A stretch of 64,000 nucleotides of DNA from Candidatus Cloacimonadales bacterium. Its GTDB lineage: Bacteria > Cloacimonadota > Cloacimonadia > Cloacimonadales > JAFGVF01. The translations under genes were made by a program, and so were the position numbers. Shown one piece after another: positions 39,027 through 48,857 of this stretch (positions within the stretch are counted from its first letter, which is position 1; each line of letters opens with the position of its first letter). Where the stretch lies: assembly GCA_963677495.2 (NCBI GenBank), contig CAXXOU010000001.1, positions 320,001 through 384,000 of the forward strand, in the 5' to 3' direction. The notes beneath the pieces were generated by a model, which searched no databases, was not told where the DNA came from, and worked only from the letters and a program-made list of their open reading frames with translations.

Positions 39027-39596
39027 TTATTCTAAATCAACTGCTCTTCCATTATTATCTACTTTAACATGCAGTATTACATCCTCATATTCAGAAGTGA
39101 GTATCAATGAGTTATGTTTGTATGATACCACTATATTGTACTTGTCTCTGACACTCTGATCTAACCAATATCTACTGTCACGGGCAGTAGTTTCCCAATT
39201 CTTACTAGCCCCACCCATTGCAGCAGGTTTGTAGTAATAAGCAAAAGCCTTTGAAGCAAGAGATTGCAATTGAGCTCTAACCTCAGGTTCATAATCAACG
39301 TTATTAGTCGATGTTGCTACAAACAATGAAACACCCAAAATTGAAGTAATTAGCCAAATGACTAACGAAATTGGTATAATAAGGTGAGTCCAGATTAGAA
39401 ATAACAAACACCCACGACCTTTAGGTTGAATGTTTGTCTCTTCCATATATTGTTTAGACTTTTTCAAGAAAACAAGGTTAACTATTAGACCTACAATATA
39501 AAAACCAAGATAATACAGAAGTAAGTTTACCCATGCAATGAGTACATATGATTTAGGTTCAGGTTGATAAGAATTCTGTCTATCGTCTTGTTGCAT
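39027..39596 (-). CDS. Hypothetical membrane protein
   Basis: Two hydrophobic stretches, then a soluble domain containing LASKAFAYYYKPAAMGG. Confidence 0.65.
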   Translation of the reverse strand: MQQDDRQNSYQPEPKSYVLIAWVNLLLYYLGFYIVGLIVNLVFLKKSKQYMEETNIQPKGRGCLLFLIWTHLIIPISLVIWLITSILGVSLFVATSTNNVDYEPEVRAQLQSLASKAFAYYYKPAAMGGASKNWETTARDSRYWLDQSVRDKYNIVVSYKHNSLILTSEYEDVILHVKVDNNGRAVDLE

Positions 39597-39604
39597 AAAA
39601 CCTA

Positions 39605-40228
39605 CTATTTACTTACTAATTTGACTACCTTCTCCACCATCTCATCAGGTGTTTGTTTCCAATCAAGGATAAGGTCTGCTTTTGTTTTTACTTGGTTCAG
39701 AATCTCGACATATACTCTTTGTGTAGAGGTGATGTAGTTACTCAAATAATCCTTTTGGTGGTCTATGACATACTTAAGTCCATTCATTAAATCCTCTTTG
39801 GTGTACTCTTCAAGTTTATCCATTGGAATCTGTTCATTATTTCTAAGTATACGCCTTGCGAGTGAGATCTCAGGGGGAGTATCAATAACTATAAGATAAT
39901 CTATTAAATCAGCTAGTTCATCACGTTGCTTACCTGTAGGCTCTTCAAAGATAATGTAATCATTGGGTAAGATCTCTTCATCTGTGTGAGGATGTTTGAT
40001 TGCTTCTCCTGCCTTAAGCTTTCTGAGAGCATCAGTAAGTTCAGGACATTCCCATTCATTCAGATCTGCTCCATCAGCTAACCATTTAGGAATATCTTGA
40101 GGGTAGTGTTTATCCATAAAATAGTCATCAAAGAAGAGACGTGTAGCATTCATTTTATCTGCTAATTTGTTAACTAAAGTTGTCTTTCCACCACCTGAAA
40201 TGGCACTTACTGCGATTACGTAGGACAT
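39605..40228 (-). CDS. P-loop kinase (uridine/nucleoside-kinase-like)
   Basis: VIAVSAISGGGKTT, FDDYF, IIFEEP, IDTPPEISLARRILR. Confidence 0.8.
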   Translation of the reverse strand: MSYVIAVSAISGGGKTTLVNKLADKMNATRLFFDDYFMDKHYPQDIPKWLADGADLNEWECPELTDALRKLKAGEAIKHPHTDEEILPNDYIIFEEPTGKQRDELADLIDYLIVIDTPPEISLARRILRNNEQIPMDKLEEYTKEDLMNGLKYVIDHQKDYLSNYITSTQRVYVEILNQVKTKADLILDWKQTPDEMVEKVVKLVSK

Positions 40229-40496
40229 TATAGCTCCTTAGAAATGTAGTTTTGTTATCAATAAAATCTACTATTATGACTGATAGTCAACTAATTTATG
40301 ATTGAATCATAGAATTTATTGAAAGGGTGCAACTAGAGAGTTAATGGGGGTAATAGCCAGAAAAAAGATAGAAAGATTGACACGAAAAGAGGTTAGGTAA
40401 TTTTATACCATTCTAATTAGTATTAAGAATTAGTAGTATTTAAGAGAGATTGGAGTTCGTTTATCCCAATCTGAAACGAATAAATGAGGTATTAAC

Positions 40497-42182
40497 ATGA
40501 ACGACAAGACAAAAGAAGGCTTGGAAAAAAGCTCTAACTTTATCAAGGAGATTGTAGAGTTAGATTTGGAAAATGGCAAGCATGGTGGAAAAGTACATAC
40601 ACGTTTCCCACCAGAGCCCAACGGTTATTTACACATCGGGCATGCTAAAGCTATCTGCATAGACTTTGGCATCGCCAAGGATTATCAAGGTCAATGCAAC
40701 CTTCGTTTTGACGATACCAATCCGATTCAAGAAGACATTGAGTATGTTGAATCTATCCAAGAAGATATCAAATGGCTTGGTTTCGATTGGGAAGACAGGA
40801 TGTATTATGCCTCTGATTACTTTGAGAAACTATATGCCTATGCAGTTGAACTTATCAAAATGGGCAAAGCCTATGTTGATGATTTAACTCCGGAAGAGAT
40901 AAGAGAGTATCGTGGTGAAATAAAAGTTCCCGGTAAGAACAGTCCATATCGTGACCGTTCAGTTGAAGAGAACCTTGATCTATTCGAGAGAATGAGAGCA
41001 GGTGAGTTCGAAGATGGTTCAAAGACCTTACGCTCAAAGATTGATATGAGCTCAGGCAATATGAATATGAGAGACCCTATAATCTACAGGATTAAGAGAG
41101 CTCATCATCATAGAACCGGAGATAAATGGTGCATTTATCCGATGTATGATTTCACTCACTGTCTTTCTGATATGCTTGAGGGAATCACACATTCTCTTTG
41201 TACGCTTGAGTTTGAAGACCACAGACCACTTTATGACTGGTATCTTGATAACCTTAAGACTCCATGTCATCCACAGCAAATTGAGTTTGCACGACTTAAT
41301 GTGACTTATACATTAACCAGTAAACGTAAACTCCAAAAGCTTGTGAACGATGGAATAGTTGCCGGCTGGGATGACCCAAGAATGCCAACTATCAGTGGAT
41401 TACGTAGACGTGGTTTTACATCAGGTTCTATCAAGGACTTCTGCGATAGAGTTGGTGTTGCCAAAGCAGCGAGTGTTGTGGACATAGCTCTCTTGAACTT
41501 CTGTCTCAGAGAAGAGTTGAACAAAACTGCCAACCGTGTGATGGTTGTACTTGATCCATTGAAAGTGGTGATTGATAACTATCCTGAGGATAAAGTTGAA
41601 TGGTTCGATGCTGAGAACAACCCTGAAGATGAGAACGGTGGCACAAGAAAGGTTCCTTTCACTAAAGAGTTCTATATCGAAAGAGAAGATTTCAGAGAGG
41701 AAGCTAATCGTAAGTACTTCCGTATGAAACTTGGTCATGAAGTAAGAATCAAGCATGCTTATTATGTGAAAGCTGAGTCAGTTGTGAAAGATGATGCAGG
41801 TAATATAATGGAAGTGCATTGTACTTATGACCCAGCTTCTCGTGGTGGTTGGACTGATGACGGCCGTAAAGTTAAAGGTACTCTACATTGGGTATCTGCA
41901 GCTCATGCAGTGCCGGCAGAGGTTCGTTTGTATGATAATCTGTTTACAGAGGAGAATCCGGGTAAATCAGATAAAGAGATATCTGAAATCCTGAATCCTA
42001 ACTCTGTTGAAGTTATTGAAGCATTAGCTGAACCATCACTTAAAGAGTTGAAACCTGAGACAAGTGTCCAGTTCTTACGCAAGGGTTATTTCATCACTGA
42101 TAGATATGACCATTCAGCAGAAAAGCTTGTATTTAATAGAACAGTAGGACTCAGAGACAGTTTTGCAAAGAAAGTAAAATAA
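40497..42182 (+). CDS. glnS: Glutamine--tRNA ligase
   Basis: [55 protein letters not shown]. Confidence 0.97.
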   Translation: MNDKTKEGLEKSSNFIKEIVELDLENGKHGGKVHTRFPPEPNGYLHIGHAKAICIDFGIAKDYQGQCNLRFDDTNPIQEDIEYVESIQEDIKWLGFDWEDRMYYASDYFEKLYAYAVELIKMGKAYVDDLTPEEIREYRGEIKVPGKNSPYRDRSVEENLDLFERMRAGEFEDGSKTLRSKIDMSSGNMNMRDPIIYRIKRAHHHRTGDKWCIYPMYDFTHCLSDMLEGITHSLCTLEFEDHRPLYDWYLDNLKTPCHPQQIEFARLNVTYTLTSKRKLQKLVNDGIVAGWDDPRMPTISGLRRRGFTSGSIKDFCDRVGVAKAASVVDIALLNFCLREELNKTANRVMVVLDPLKVVIDNYPEDKVEWFDAENNPEDENGGTRKVPFTKEFYIEREDFREEANRKYFRMKLGHEVRIKHAYYVKAESVVKDDAGNIMEVHCTYDPASRGGWTDDGRKVKGTLHWVSAAHAVPAEVRLYDNLFTEENPGKSDKEISEILNPNSVEVIEALAEPSLKELKPETSVQFLRKGYFITDRYDHSAEKLVFNRTVGLRDSFAKKVK

Positions 42183-42275
42183 ATAGATATGGATAATGGT
42201 GAGTAGAATAAATTACTTGCCAAAAGCGAGATAGAATTTTTTTTGTCTCAAAAGAATATTTCAGGAAGGTGAATA

Positions 42276-42467
42276 ATGTCTAGAATATGCGATGTTTGTG
42301 GCAAAAGCTCAATGGTTGGCAACAATAGATCTCACGCATTAAACGCGACTAAGAGAAGATTCCAGCCTAACTTGTTCAATATCAAGGCTGAGATTAAAGG
42401 TGAAGTTAGAAAGATTAAAATCTGTGCTTCATGTCTCAAAGCTAACAAAGTAAGAAAAGTTGTATAA
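42276..42467 (+). CDS. rpmB: 50S ribosomal protein L28
   Basis: [10 protein letters not shown]...[19 protein letters not shown]...KICASCLK. Confidence 0.97.
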   Translation: MSRICDVCGKSSMVGNNRSHALNATKRRFQPNLFNIKAEIKGEVRKIKICASCLKANKVRKVV

Positions 42468-42486
42468 TATATAACTAAGAATATTT

Positions 42487-42514
42487 AAAGCGAGAGTGTA
42501 AGCTCTCGCTTTTT
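42487..42514 (+). terminator. Rho-independent terminator
   Basis: AAAGCGAGAG-TGTAAG-CTCTCGCTTTTT. Confidence 0.85.
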
Positions 42515-42901
42515 ATTTAAAGGAGTTTGTCGGCCTGATAAGGCAACGGACTTCCTTAAATGAAAAATGCTAACTTAACCGATCAAGAGTGATCGGTTTA
42601 CATGTAGAACGATCCACAATGAACTGATTTAACATGAAGCTCAATCACTCCGGTGACATCAAATCAAAAAACACTCTTTCCAATTAAAACCTTATCCTGT
42701 CTCAACCTCTACACCCTCACACTCCTCTGCCACAATAATCAATCTTTAACCATCTCAATCTTCTCAAAATCGAGTCTAAATCCTGTTAAGCAATAACAAC
42801 ATCTTAATAGGGTTTCAACAGGAGTCTCTTTCGTGAGTGTTAATAATTGTGGCAGTGCAATGATAGGAATCTGAGTTTGATTTGACTGCGTAAGCTGTCA
42901 C

Positions 42902-42989
42902 CATAGCGACCAAAGGGAGTTGGGTGAATATCGATATGGGACAAGATTTCATCACTATAAGTCCAACTCGTGAACTCGCTATGACTCCA
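42902..42989. repeat. GGAGTCATAGCGA-family inverted-repeat element (left arm degenerate)
   Basis: CATAGCGACCAAAGGGAGTTGG ... TCACTATAAGTCCAACTCGTGAACTCGCTATGACTCCA; matches 63660-63753. Confidence 0.75.
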
Positions 42990-43241
42990 ATGATGAGGAA
43001 TCATGCTTTTCGTGGTTATATCCTTAACCTGATAAACGTGATAAGACAAACCGAGATAGTCAGTTAAATCCGTACTCTTGAACTTCCCTTCTAAAGAGGG
43101 GGCATTGAAGGTTCTTTCTTCGATTTACAACCATTCACAAGGTCTAAGGACCATTGCGAAGGTTTTGGTTTCGAGATAAGATGCATTAATACCATAACTT
43201 CTTTACTAATCTACAATAAATAAATTGACCACTACCACGTC

Positions 43242-43280
43242 TTAACACAGAATTAACTATATCTTAATTGTCAATTAACA
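43242..43280 (+). promoter_or_regulatory. Pho-box-like direct repeats upstream of the phoB/phoR-like operon
   Basis: TTAACA 43242, TTAACT 43253, TTAATT 43264, TTAACA 43275: four units at exact 11-bp spacing, like OmpR/PhoP-family boxes. Confidence 0.65.
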
Positions 43281-43329
43281 GCCGTTCAGTATTTTTAACT
43301 GAAAAGACTAAAACAAAGCGGTAAGGAAC

Positions 43330-44025
43330 ATGGAAAACAAAAAACTTATTTTTATTGTTGAAGATGAAGAAGATATCAGAGAATTGATATCTTTGCATTT
43401 ACAGGATGCCGGATTCCAAACGGAGGGTTTTGAAACCGGAAAAGAGATGTTTGAAAGATTAGAAGATGATATCCCTGACCTTTTAATGTTGGATCTTATG
43501 CTTCCTGATATGGATGGTATGGATATCTGTCGTCACATTCGTCAATCAGGTAAATATGAGCAGTTACCAATGATCATGCTTACAGCCAGAACAGATATTA
43601 CTGACAAGGTGATGGGTCTTGAATTTGGGGCTGATGATTATCTGACAAAGCCATTCTCTCATAAAGAGTTACTTGCAAGAATCAAAGCTATTCTCAGAAG
43701 AACTAAGCATGTACCCAAAAAGAGTATCTCTGATGATATCCTCAAAATGGATAAGAATCGTTTTGAAGTATTCGTTTATGGCGAGAAAATCGAACTTACA
43801 ACTACTGAGTTTAAGATATTAGAACTCCTATTATCAAGACCGGGATGGGTATTCTCAAGAGAGAAGATTTTAGATTTCCTTTGGGGAACAGACAAGATAG
43901 TTATCGATAGAACTGTAGACGTTCATATACGTCACCTTAGACAGAAATTAGGTGAGTTAAGCAAAAACATTAAGAATGTTAGAGGAATTGGTTACAAATA
44001 TGACTCTGAGAAAGCTGTCGATTAG
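43330..44025 (+). CDS. OmpR/PhoB-family response regulator (PhoB/PhoP-like)
   Basis: IVEDE, LDLMLPDMDG, GADDYLTKPF, LTTTEF, RTVDVHIRHLRQKL, VRGIGY. Confidence 0.92.
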   Translation: MENKKLIFIVEDEEDIRELISLHLQDAGFQTEGFETGKEMFERLEDDIPDLLMLDLMLPDMDGMDICRHIRQSGKYEQLPMIMLTARTDITDKVMGLEFGADDYLTKPFSHKELLARIKAILRRTKHVPKKSISDDILKMDKNRFEVFVYGEKIELTTTEFKILELLLSRPGWVFSREKILDFLWGTDKIVIDRTVDVHIRHLRQKLGELSKNIKNVRGIGYKYDSEKAVD

Positions 44026-45718
44026 AAATAAGATATTCATAAGTTATCTCTCAATAGCACTGGTTTTATCAGTGCTTGTTGTAATCATAGGTAGTAACAT
44101 CCTCAATAGCAACTATGTAGAGATTCTTACTGAAGAGTTGAATGAGCAGAATAAGCAGATTGAGAAGGTAATTCTCACTAATAGAAATGACATTAAAACT
44201 GAGCTACAGAATATCTCCGATGTACTGTCAAAGCGTATTACTGTAATCGATAAAGATGGTGTTGTTACATTTGATTCATTTGCTGATGTAGAGAAGCTTG
44301 ATAATCATATTGATAGACCGGAAGTTCAACAATCTATGAACTCTGATTATGGTATCTCAATACGTTTTAGTGATTCTGTTGGCTTCAATATGCTTTATCT
44401 TTCAAGACGTATAAATCATCCTATCGGTAAGTACCTAAGAATAAGTGTTCCGTTACGCGACCTTGATTCTATCAAGCATAACTTCCAGATGGGTATTCTT
44501 GAAACACTAACTATTATCTTCCTTTTGATATTGGTTCTTTCATATATCCTTTCAAGCCGCTTCTATAAACCTTTGAAAGAACTTACTGATGCTTCTGATA
44601 AAGTTGCAAAAGGTGATATGAATGTTGAAGTTCATTTCTTAACAGGTGACGAATTCGAGACTGTCGGGAATAGCTTCAATAAGATGATAAATGAGGTGAA
44701 GAGTAATGTCTACTCTATTGAGCAGCAGAAAGCTGAATTAAGTGGCATTATTAGCTCTTTATCGGAATGTTTGTGGGTTATCAATAAGACAGGAAACATT
44801 GTTATTAGCAATCCATCTTGTCAGAGAGTGTTAAACCTATCTACTCAGTCTTCAGAAGGTTATTGGCATCAGATTAAAGATGCAACTATTCTTGATATGA
44901 TTGGTGAGACCCTAAATAGAAAGACAAATATCATTAAACCTATCACTTTAGGTGATCATGACTATATTTTCAGTTCCTCATATTTAGCTAAGTATGAAAG
45001 AGCTATCTTCATTATGCAGGATGTATCTGAGATTAAGCAAGTAGAAAGAATGAAACAGGATTTCATTGTAAATATGGCTCATGAGCTCAGAACTCCGATT
45101 ACTGCAATCAAGGGTTTTGCTGAGATGCTTGAATCTTCTGTTCCGGAAGAGAAGAGAAGATTCCTTAAGATTATTAGAAACCACTCAGATAGATTAGCTA
45201 ATCTTGTAGAAGATATTCAAGTGCTGATTAACCTTGAACAGATGGGAAAACTCAACCTTGAAAACGTAAAGCTTAAGAAGTTTGCAGAAAACATCAAACA
45301 GCTTTATGAACACAAGACATCTAAATCTAATGTAGAGCTGATTGTCGAGGTTGAAGAGCCTATATCTGATTTCTATGCTGACATCTATAAGTTAGACCAG
45401 ATATTCATTAATCTTATTGATAACGCAATGAGATATACAACTGAAGGGCATATCAAGTTATCTATCAGCAAAGATGATACAGGCGTTGAGTTCAAAGTTG
45501 AAGATACTGGTTGTGGCATTGAGTCAAAACATCTGGAAAGACTGTTTGAGCGCTTCTATGTTGCTGATAAAGCCAGAAGCCGTAAGATGGGCGGAACCGG
45601 ACTTGGTCTCGCTATTGTTAAGCATATTGTGATGTTGCATAACGGTACAGTTAATGTGAATAGTACTGTAGGCAAAGGAACTACATTTACAATAAAACTG
45701 CCTTTTAATCTGAAATGA
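44000..45718 (+). CDS. PhoR-like sensor histidine kinase (TM, HAMP, PAS, HisKA, HATPase)
   Basis: NHIDRPEV sensor motif, AHELRTPITAIKG, NLIDNAMRY, FERFYVADKARSRKMGGTGLGLAIVKH. Confidence 0.92.
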   Translation: MTLRKLSIRNKIFISYLSIALVLSVLVVIIGSNILNSNYVEILTEELNEQNKQIEKVILTNRNDIKTELQNISDVLSKRITVIDKDGVVTFDSFADVEKLDNHIDRPEVQQSMNSDYGISIRFSDSVGFNMLYLSRRINHPIGKYLRISVPLRDLDSIKHNFQMGILETLTIIFLLILVLSYILSSRFYKPLKELTDASDKVAKGDMNVEVHFLTGDEFETVGNSFNKMINEVKSNVYSIEQQKAELSGIISSLSECLWVINKTGNIVISNPSCQRVLNLSTQSSEGYWHQIKDATILDMIGETLNRKTNIIKPITLGDHDYIFSSSYLAKYERAIFIMQDVSEIKQVERMKQDFIVNMAHELRTPITAIKGFAEMLESSVPEEKRRFLKIIRNHSDRLANLVEDIQVLINLEQMGKLNLENVKLKKFAENIKQLYEHKTSKSNVELIVEVEEPISDFYADIYKLDQIFINLIDNAMRYTTEGHIKLSISKDDTGVEFKVEDTGCGIESKHLERLFERFYVADKARSRKMGGTGLGLAIVKHIVMLHNGTVNVNSTVGKGTTFTIKLPFNLK

Positions 45719-46215
45719 GTTCTGAGAAGTTAATAACTAACTACTTACCATTAGTAAGAAAGATTGCGTCGCAGTATAAGGACTATGGAATGCCTTATGA
45801 AGATTTAGTTCAAGAGGGGCTCATAGGACTTATTGAAGCTGAGAGTTCTTATCGCGAAGAGGAGAACACAGCATTCGGAGTATACGCAACTTTTTGGATA
45901 AAGAAATATATTTTAGCTGCGTTGGACAAGGAAACAAACACCTCATTCAACGCAGTTGAAATACATGACAACTACTCTAAACAAGACGATTCTCATATCG
46001 TCGATGTGGAAGAACCAGGTCCCAACCCGGATGATATCTTTCCTCCTGATTTCCCGATACTTGAGAAACAAGTTCTTGTTGCATCTTATTTCCATTCAAG
46101 AACCTTGCAGGATATAGCTGAGCAATTAGGTTTTACTCGTGAAAAGGTTCGTCAGATAAAAACAAAAGCTCTCAGACGAGTGAGAGCTTTGAATCTTGTT
46201 TTACCGAAGGATTAA
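45715..46215 (+). CDS. Short sigma-70-family factor (regions 2 and 4)
   Basis: YEDLVQEGLIGLIEA...FGVYATFWIK (region 2) and TLQDIAEQLGFTREKVRQIKTKALRR (region 4.2); ATGA overlap with the kinase stop. Confidence 0.82.
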   Translation: MSSEKLITNYLPLVRKIASQYKDYGMPYEDLVQEGLIGLIEAESSYREEENTAFGVYATFWIKKYILAALDKETNTSFNAVEIHDNYSKQDDSHIVDVEEPGPNPDDIFPPDFPILEKQVLVASYFHSRTLQDIAEQLGFTREKVRQIKTKALRRVRALNLVLPKD

Positions 46216-46321
46216 TTCACGAAGAAAGCTCTTACCTTAATATCAACTGCATAGGTCTAACTCCATTTCTTATTTGTAAAGTCATATTTTATAATTAGTT
46301 TATTCTCAAATGGAGGTTAGA

Positions 46322-46672
46322 ATGAAGACTATAATACTAGTAATTTTATCGTTAATAATCGCTGTAGGAGCATTGGCTCATCCGGCATCAGAAGTAACTG
46401 CAACTTATGATACAGAGACCAAAATACTTAAAGTAGAGTATCAACATGAAGTGGATAAACCTGATAAACACTTTATCTATGAGGTGGTAGTAAAAATCAA
46501 TAAGAAAGAGTTAATCAAACAAAAACTTAATCTACAAGATAACGAAGAGATGGGCTCATTAATTTACAAAATAAATCAAGCTAAAGTTGGAGATTCAGTT
46601 GAAGTAATTACTAAATGTAACAAGTCAGGTAAAGAAACTTACAAGTTTAAAATAGCAGAGTCAAAAGAATGA
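46322..46672 (+). CDS. Small exported protein with His/Cys residues (possible metal binding)
   Basis: Signal peptide ending ALA-HP; HEVDKPDKHFI and KCNKSG; GGAGG RBS. Confidence 0.65.
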   Translation: MKTIILVILSLIIAVGALAHPASEVTATYDTETKILKVEYQHEVDKPDKHFIYEVVVKINKKELIKQKLNLQDNEEMGSLIYKINQAKVGDSVEVITKCNKSGKETYKFKIAESKE

Positions 46673-47424
46673 AGCTTTCGATAATAGTCTTACTCGTAAT
46701 ATCTTCAGCTCTTTTATATGGCTATCAACAAGAGTTCTTGAACCTTACTTCTGTATCAGAACTACAGGATAAAGAATCAGAGTTTACCATCTCACATAGA
46801 TTCCTAGGAAGTGTCGAAGATGAGCCCTTGGATACTTTCTTTGGAATGGATATAGGAGCGAACGTCGGGATAGCATATAGGTACTCAGTTTATCAACTGT
46901 TCGAAGCTAAAGCTGAATATAGCTCCGGGAAGAAAGAGTATAGTGTAGGTGTAAGTAGACAGATTCTACTTTTTGAAGACTATATTAAAGGTCAAATCAA
47001 TGTGGATTACTTTTCCTTTAAAGAGGTAAGCATAGAAGACAGACGTAACAACTTCTATTACCAAATCGCACTACAAAGTACTCCTATCTTTGATCGGATT
47101 ATGTTGAACCTAAACGCTGGCTTTGATGGTTACTATGAGAGACTCACCTCCGGGATTGGACTCGGAGTCAAAGTTTTGGATAATCTCACTATCTTAACAG
47201 AATACTTCCCAACTTTGGATAGAGACAGTGCAGATGAGAGAATTGCTAAATATTTAGGTGAAGATGATTCGTTTGCTATTGGAGTAAAGCTAGACACTTA
47301 TGGGCATCAGTTCATCTTCCAATTGAGCAATTCAGATGCATTGAATTCAAGAAGAGCATCCTTAGGGACAAATGACGGATCTGACCTTAAGTTTGGGTTT
47401 AAATTACAAAGGAGGTTTCAATGA
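46669..47424 (+). CDS. Predicted outer-membrane beta-barrel (DUF5777-like)
   Basis: Signal peptide; ISHRFLG...FFGMDIGANV, TYGHQFIFQLSNS, C-terminal FGFKLQRRF. Confidence 0.7.
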   Translation: MKLSIIVLLVISSALLYGYQQEFLNLTSVSELQDKESEFTISHRFLGSVEDEPLDTFFGMDIGANVGIAYRYSVYQLFEAKAEYSSGKKEYSVGVSRQILLFEDYIKGQINVDYFSFKEVSIEDRRNNFYYQIALQSTPIFDRIMLNLNAGFDGYYERLTSGIGLGVKVLDNLTILTEYFPTLDRDSADERIAKYLGEDDSFAIGVKLDTYGHQFIFQLSNSDALNSRRASLGTNDGSDLKFGFKLQRRFQ

Positions 47425-47969
47425 AGCATCTCCTGTTTATTCTAGTAATTTCGCTACTACTCTTAGGGTGTAACACAGTATGGGACGAAACAGGTCCTAA
47501 GATTAATGATGACCTTGATGGAGATGGTTACTACACCTTAACAACAAATGGATACACTCTAAAATATAAAATTGTATCCGAATACTTAGATTGCAAATTT
47601 ACAGGCGAAACAACCGGATGGGTAGCTGTTGGATTTAATCCTTCCGATCGGATGAAAGATGCAAATTTCATTATCGGATACTATAATACTTCAGGTGGAA
47701 TGATTAGAGACGACTATGGTGATTCACCATACAGCCACACTTCTGATATTGATTTAGGGGGTACTAATGATGTATCTCTAATTGATTCCTATGAGGATTC
47801 CGGACGTACAACTATTATTTTTCAGTTACCCTTAGATTCGGGTGATTCAAAAGACAGGATTCTAGAAGTTGGGTCAACATATCCGGTTATCTTTGCAACC
47901 GGGGATGATGACAATTTTACCACAATACACAACAATTACGGAGCAGGTTCTATCCTGCTTAGACAATAA
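47421..47969 (+). CDS. DOMON-domain lipoprotein
   Basis: Lipobox LLGC; TGWVAVGFNPSDRMKDANFIIG...PLDSGD..D...H. Confidence 0.8.
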   Translation: MKHLLFILVISLLLLGCNTVWDETGPKINDDLDGDGYYTLTTNGYTLKYKIVSEYLDCKFTGETTGWVAVGFNPSDRMKDANFIIGYYNTSGGMIRDDYGDSPYSHTSDIDLGGTNDVSLIDSYEDSGRTTIIFQLPLDSGDSKDRILEVGSTYPVIFATGDDDNFTTIHNNYGAGSILLRQ

Positions 47970-47979
47970 GGAGAACACA

Positions 47980-48801
47980 ATGAAACATATATTTATATTT
48001 TTAATACTTATCATGAGCTCAATGCTTTTGCTAGCTGAAACACCTTACCAAACTGTATCAGGAGCAGGAGTTACATTCCATTACAGAGTCTCAGATGACA
48101 GTATGTATCTTGATGGAATCATGGTAGCCAACACAACCGGGTGGGTAGCTGTTGGTTTTAATCCTACAAATCAGATGGCAAATGCTGATATTATTATTGG
48201 ATATCATGAAAATGACATGACTATGATTCGTGATGACTGGGGAACATCAGCTACGTCTCATGCTTCAGATGAGAGTCTTGGTGGTACATCTAATGTAATG
48301 AATTACAGCTCTTTTGAAGAAGAAGGAAACACTGAAATCCATTTCATGATACCATTGAACTCGGGAGATGATAAAGACCATATAATGGAGATTGGCATGA
48401 CTTATCCTATTATTCTAGCTCGTGGTCAGAATGGAGCAGATAACTTCGGTGCTTACCATGCAGCAGCCGGTTTTAGTTCAATCAATCTAGTTGAGCCTAC
48501 TTCTAGTAATGAAGTTATTCAACCTGTAATTGCTCCACTAGCATTGAATAATTACCCAAATCCATTCAATCCTACAACAACCTTCAAAGTCGCAGTTAAT
48601 GAAGAACTGAATGCTTCTTTGACTGTTTATGATATTCGAGGAAAGAAAATCAAGAATTTCGGTGAATTTGCTTTAGGCAATCATGAAGTAATATGGGATG
48701 GAAGAGATAACAGTAATAATCCTGTTTCTTCCGGTATATATTTCTCAGTTTTAAAAGGGAAAAACACCAAACTTACTAGAAAGATTAACCTCATTAAATA
48801 A
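47980..48801 (+). CDS. DOMON-domain protein with C-terminal FlgD-Ig/T9SS-A-like domain
   Basis: TGWVAVGFNPTNQMANADIIIG...PLNSGD...YH, then NYPNPFNPTT...SSGIYF; ATG at 47980 after AAGGAG. Confidence 0.82.
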   Translation: MKHIFIFLILIMSSMLLLAETPYQTVSGAGVTFHYRVSDDSMYLDGIMVANTTGWVAVGFNPTNQMANADIIIGYHENDMTMIRDDWGTSATSHASDESLGGTSNVMNYSSFEEEGNTEIHFMIPLNSGDDKDHIMEIGMTYPIILARGQNGADNFGAYHAAAGFSSINLVEPTSSNEVIQPVIAPLALNNYPNPFNPTTTFKVAVNEELNASLTVYDIRGKKIKNFGEFALGNHEVIWDGRDNSNNPVSSGIYFSVLKGKNTKLTRKINLIK

Positions 48802-48810
48802 ACTAAAAGC

Positions 48811-48843
48811 AAAAGAGGTTCTCGTATTCCGAGAACCTCTTTT
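48811..48843. terminator. Bidirectional terminator
   Basis: AAAAGAGGTTCTCG-TATTC-CGAGAACCTCTTTT between convergent genes. Confidence 0.88.
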
Positions 48844-48857
48844 CTATATTCGAATTC

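Noticed and set aside
42531..42600. Hammerhead ribozyme or known riboswitch
   Set aside because: CTGATAA does not match the CUGAUGA core in a proper three-stem context, and no riboswitch consensus was recognised.
47421..48801. Diversity-generating retroelement template/variable repeat pair in the DOMON paralogues
   Set aside because: The similarity is ordinary paralogy with no adenine-specific pattern seen, and no reverse transcriptase is present.
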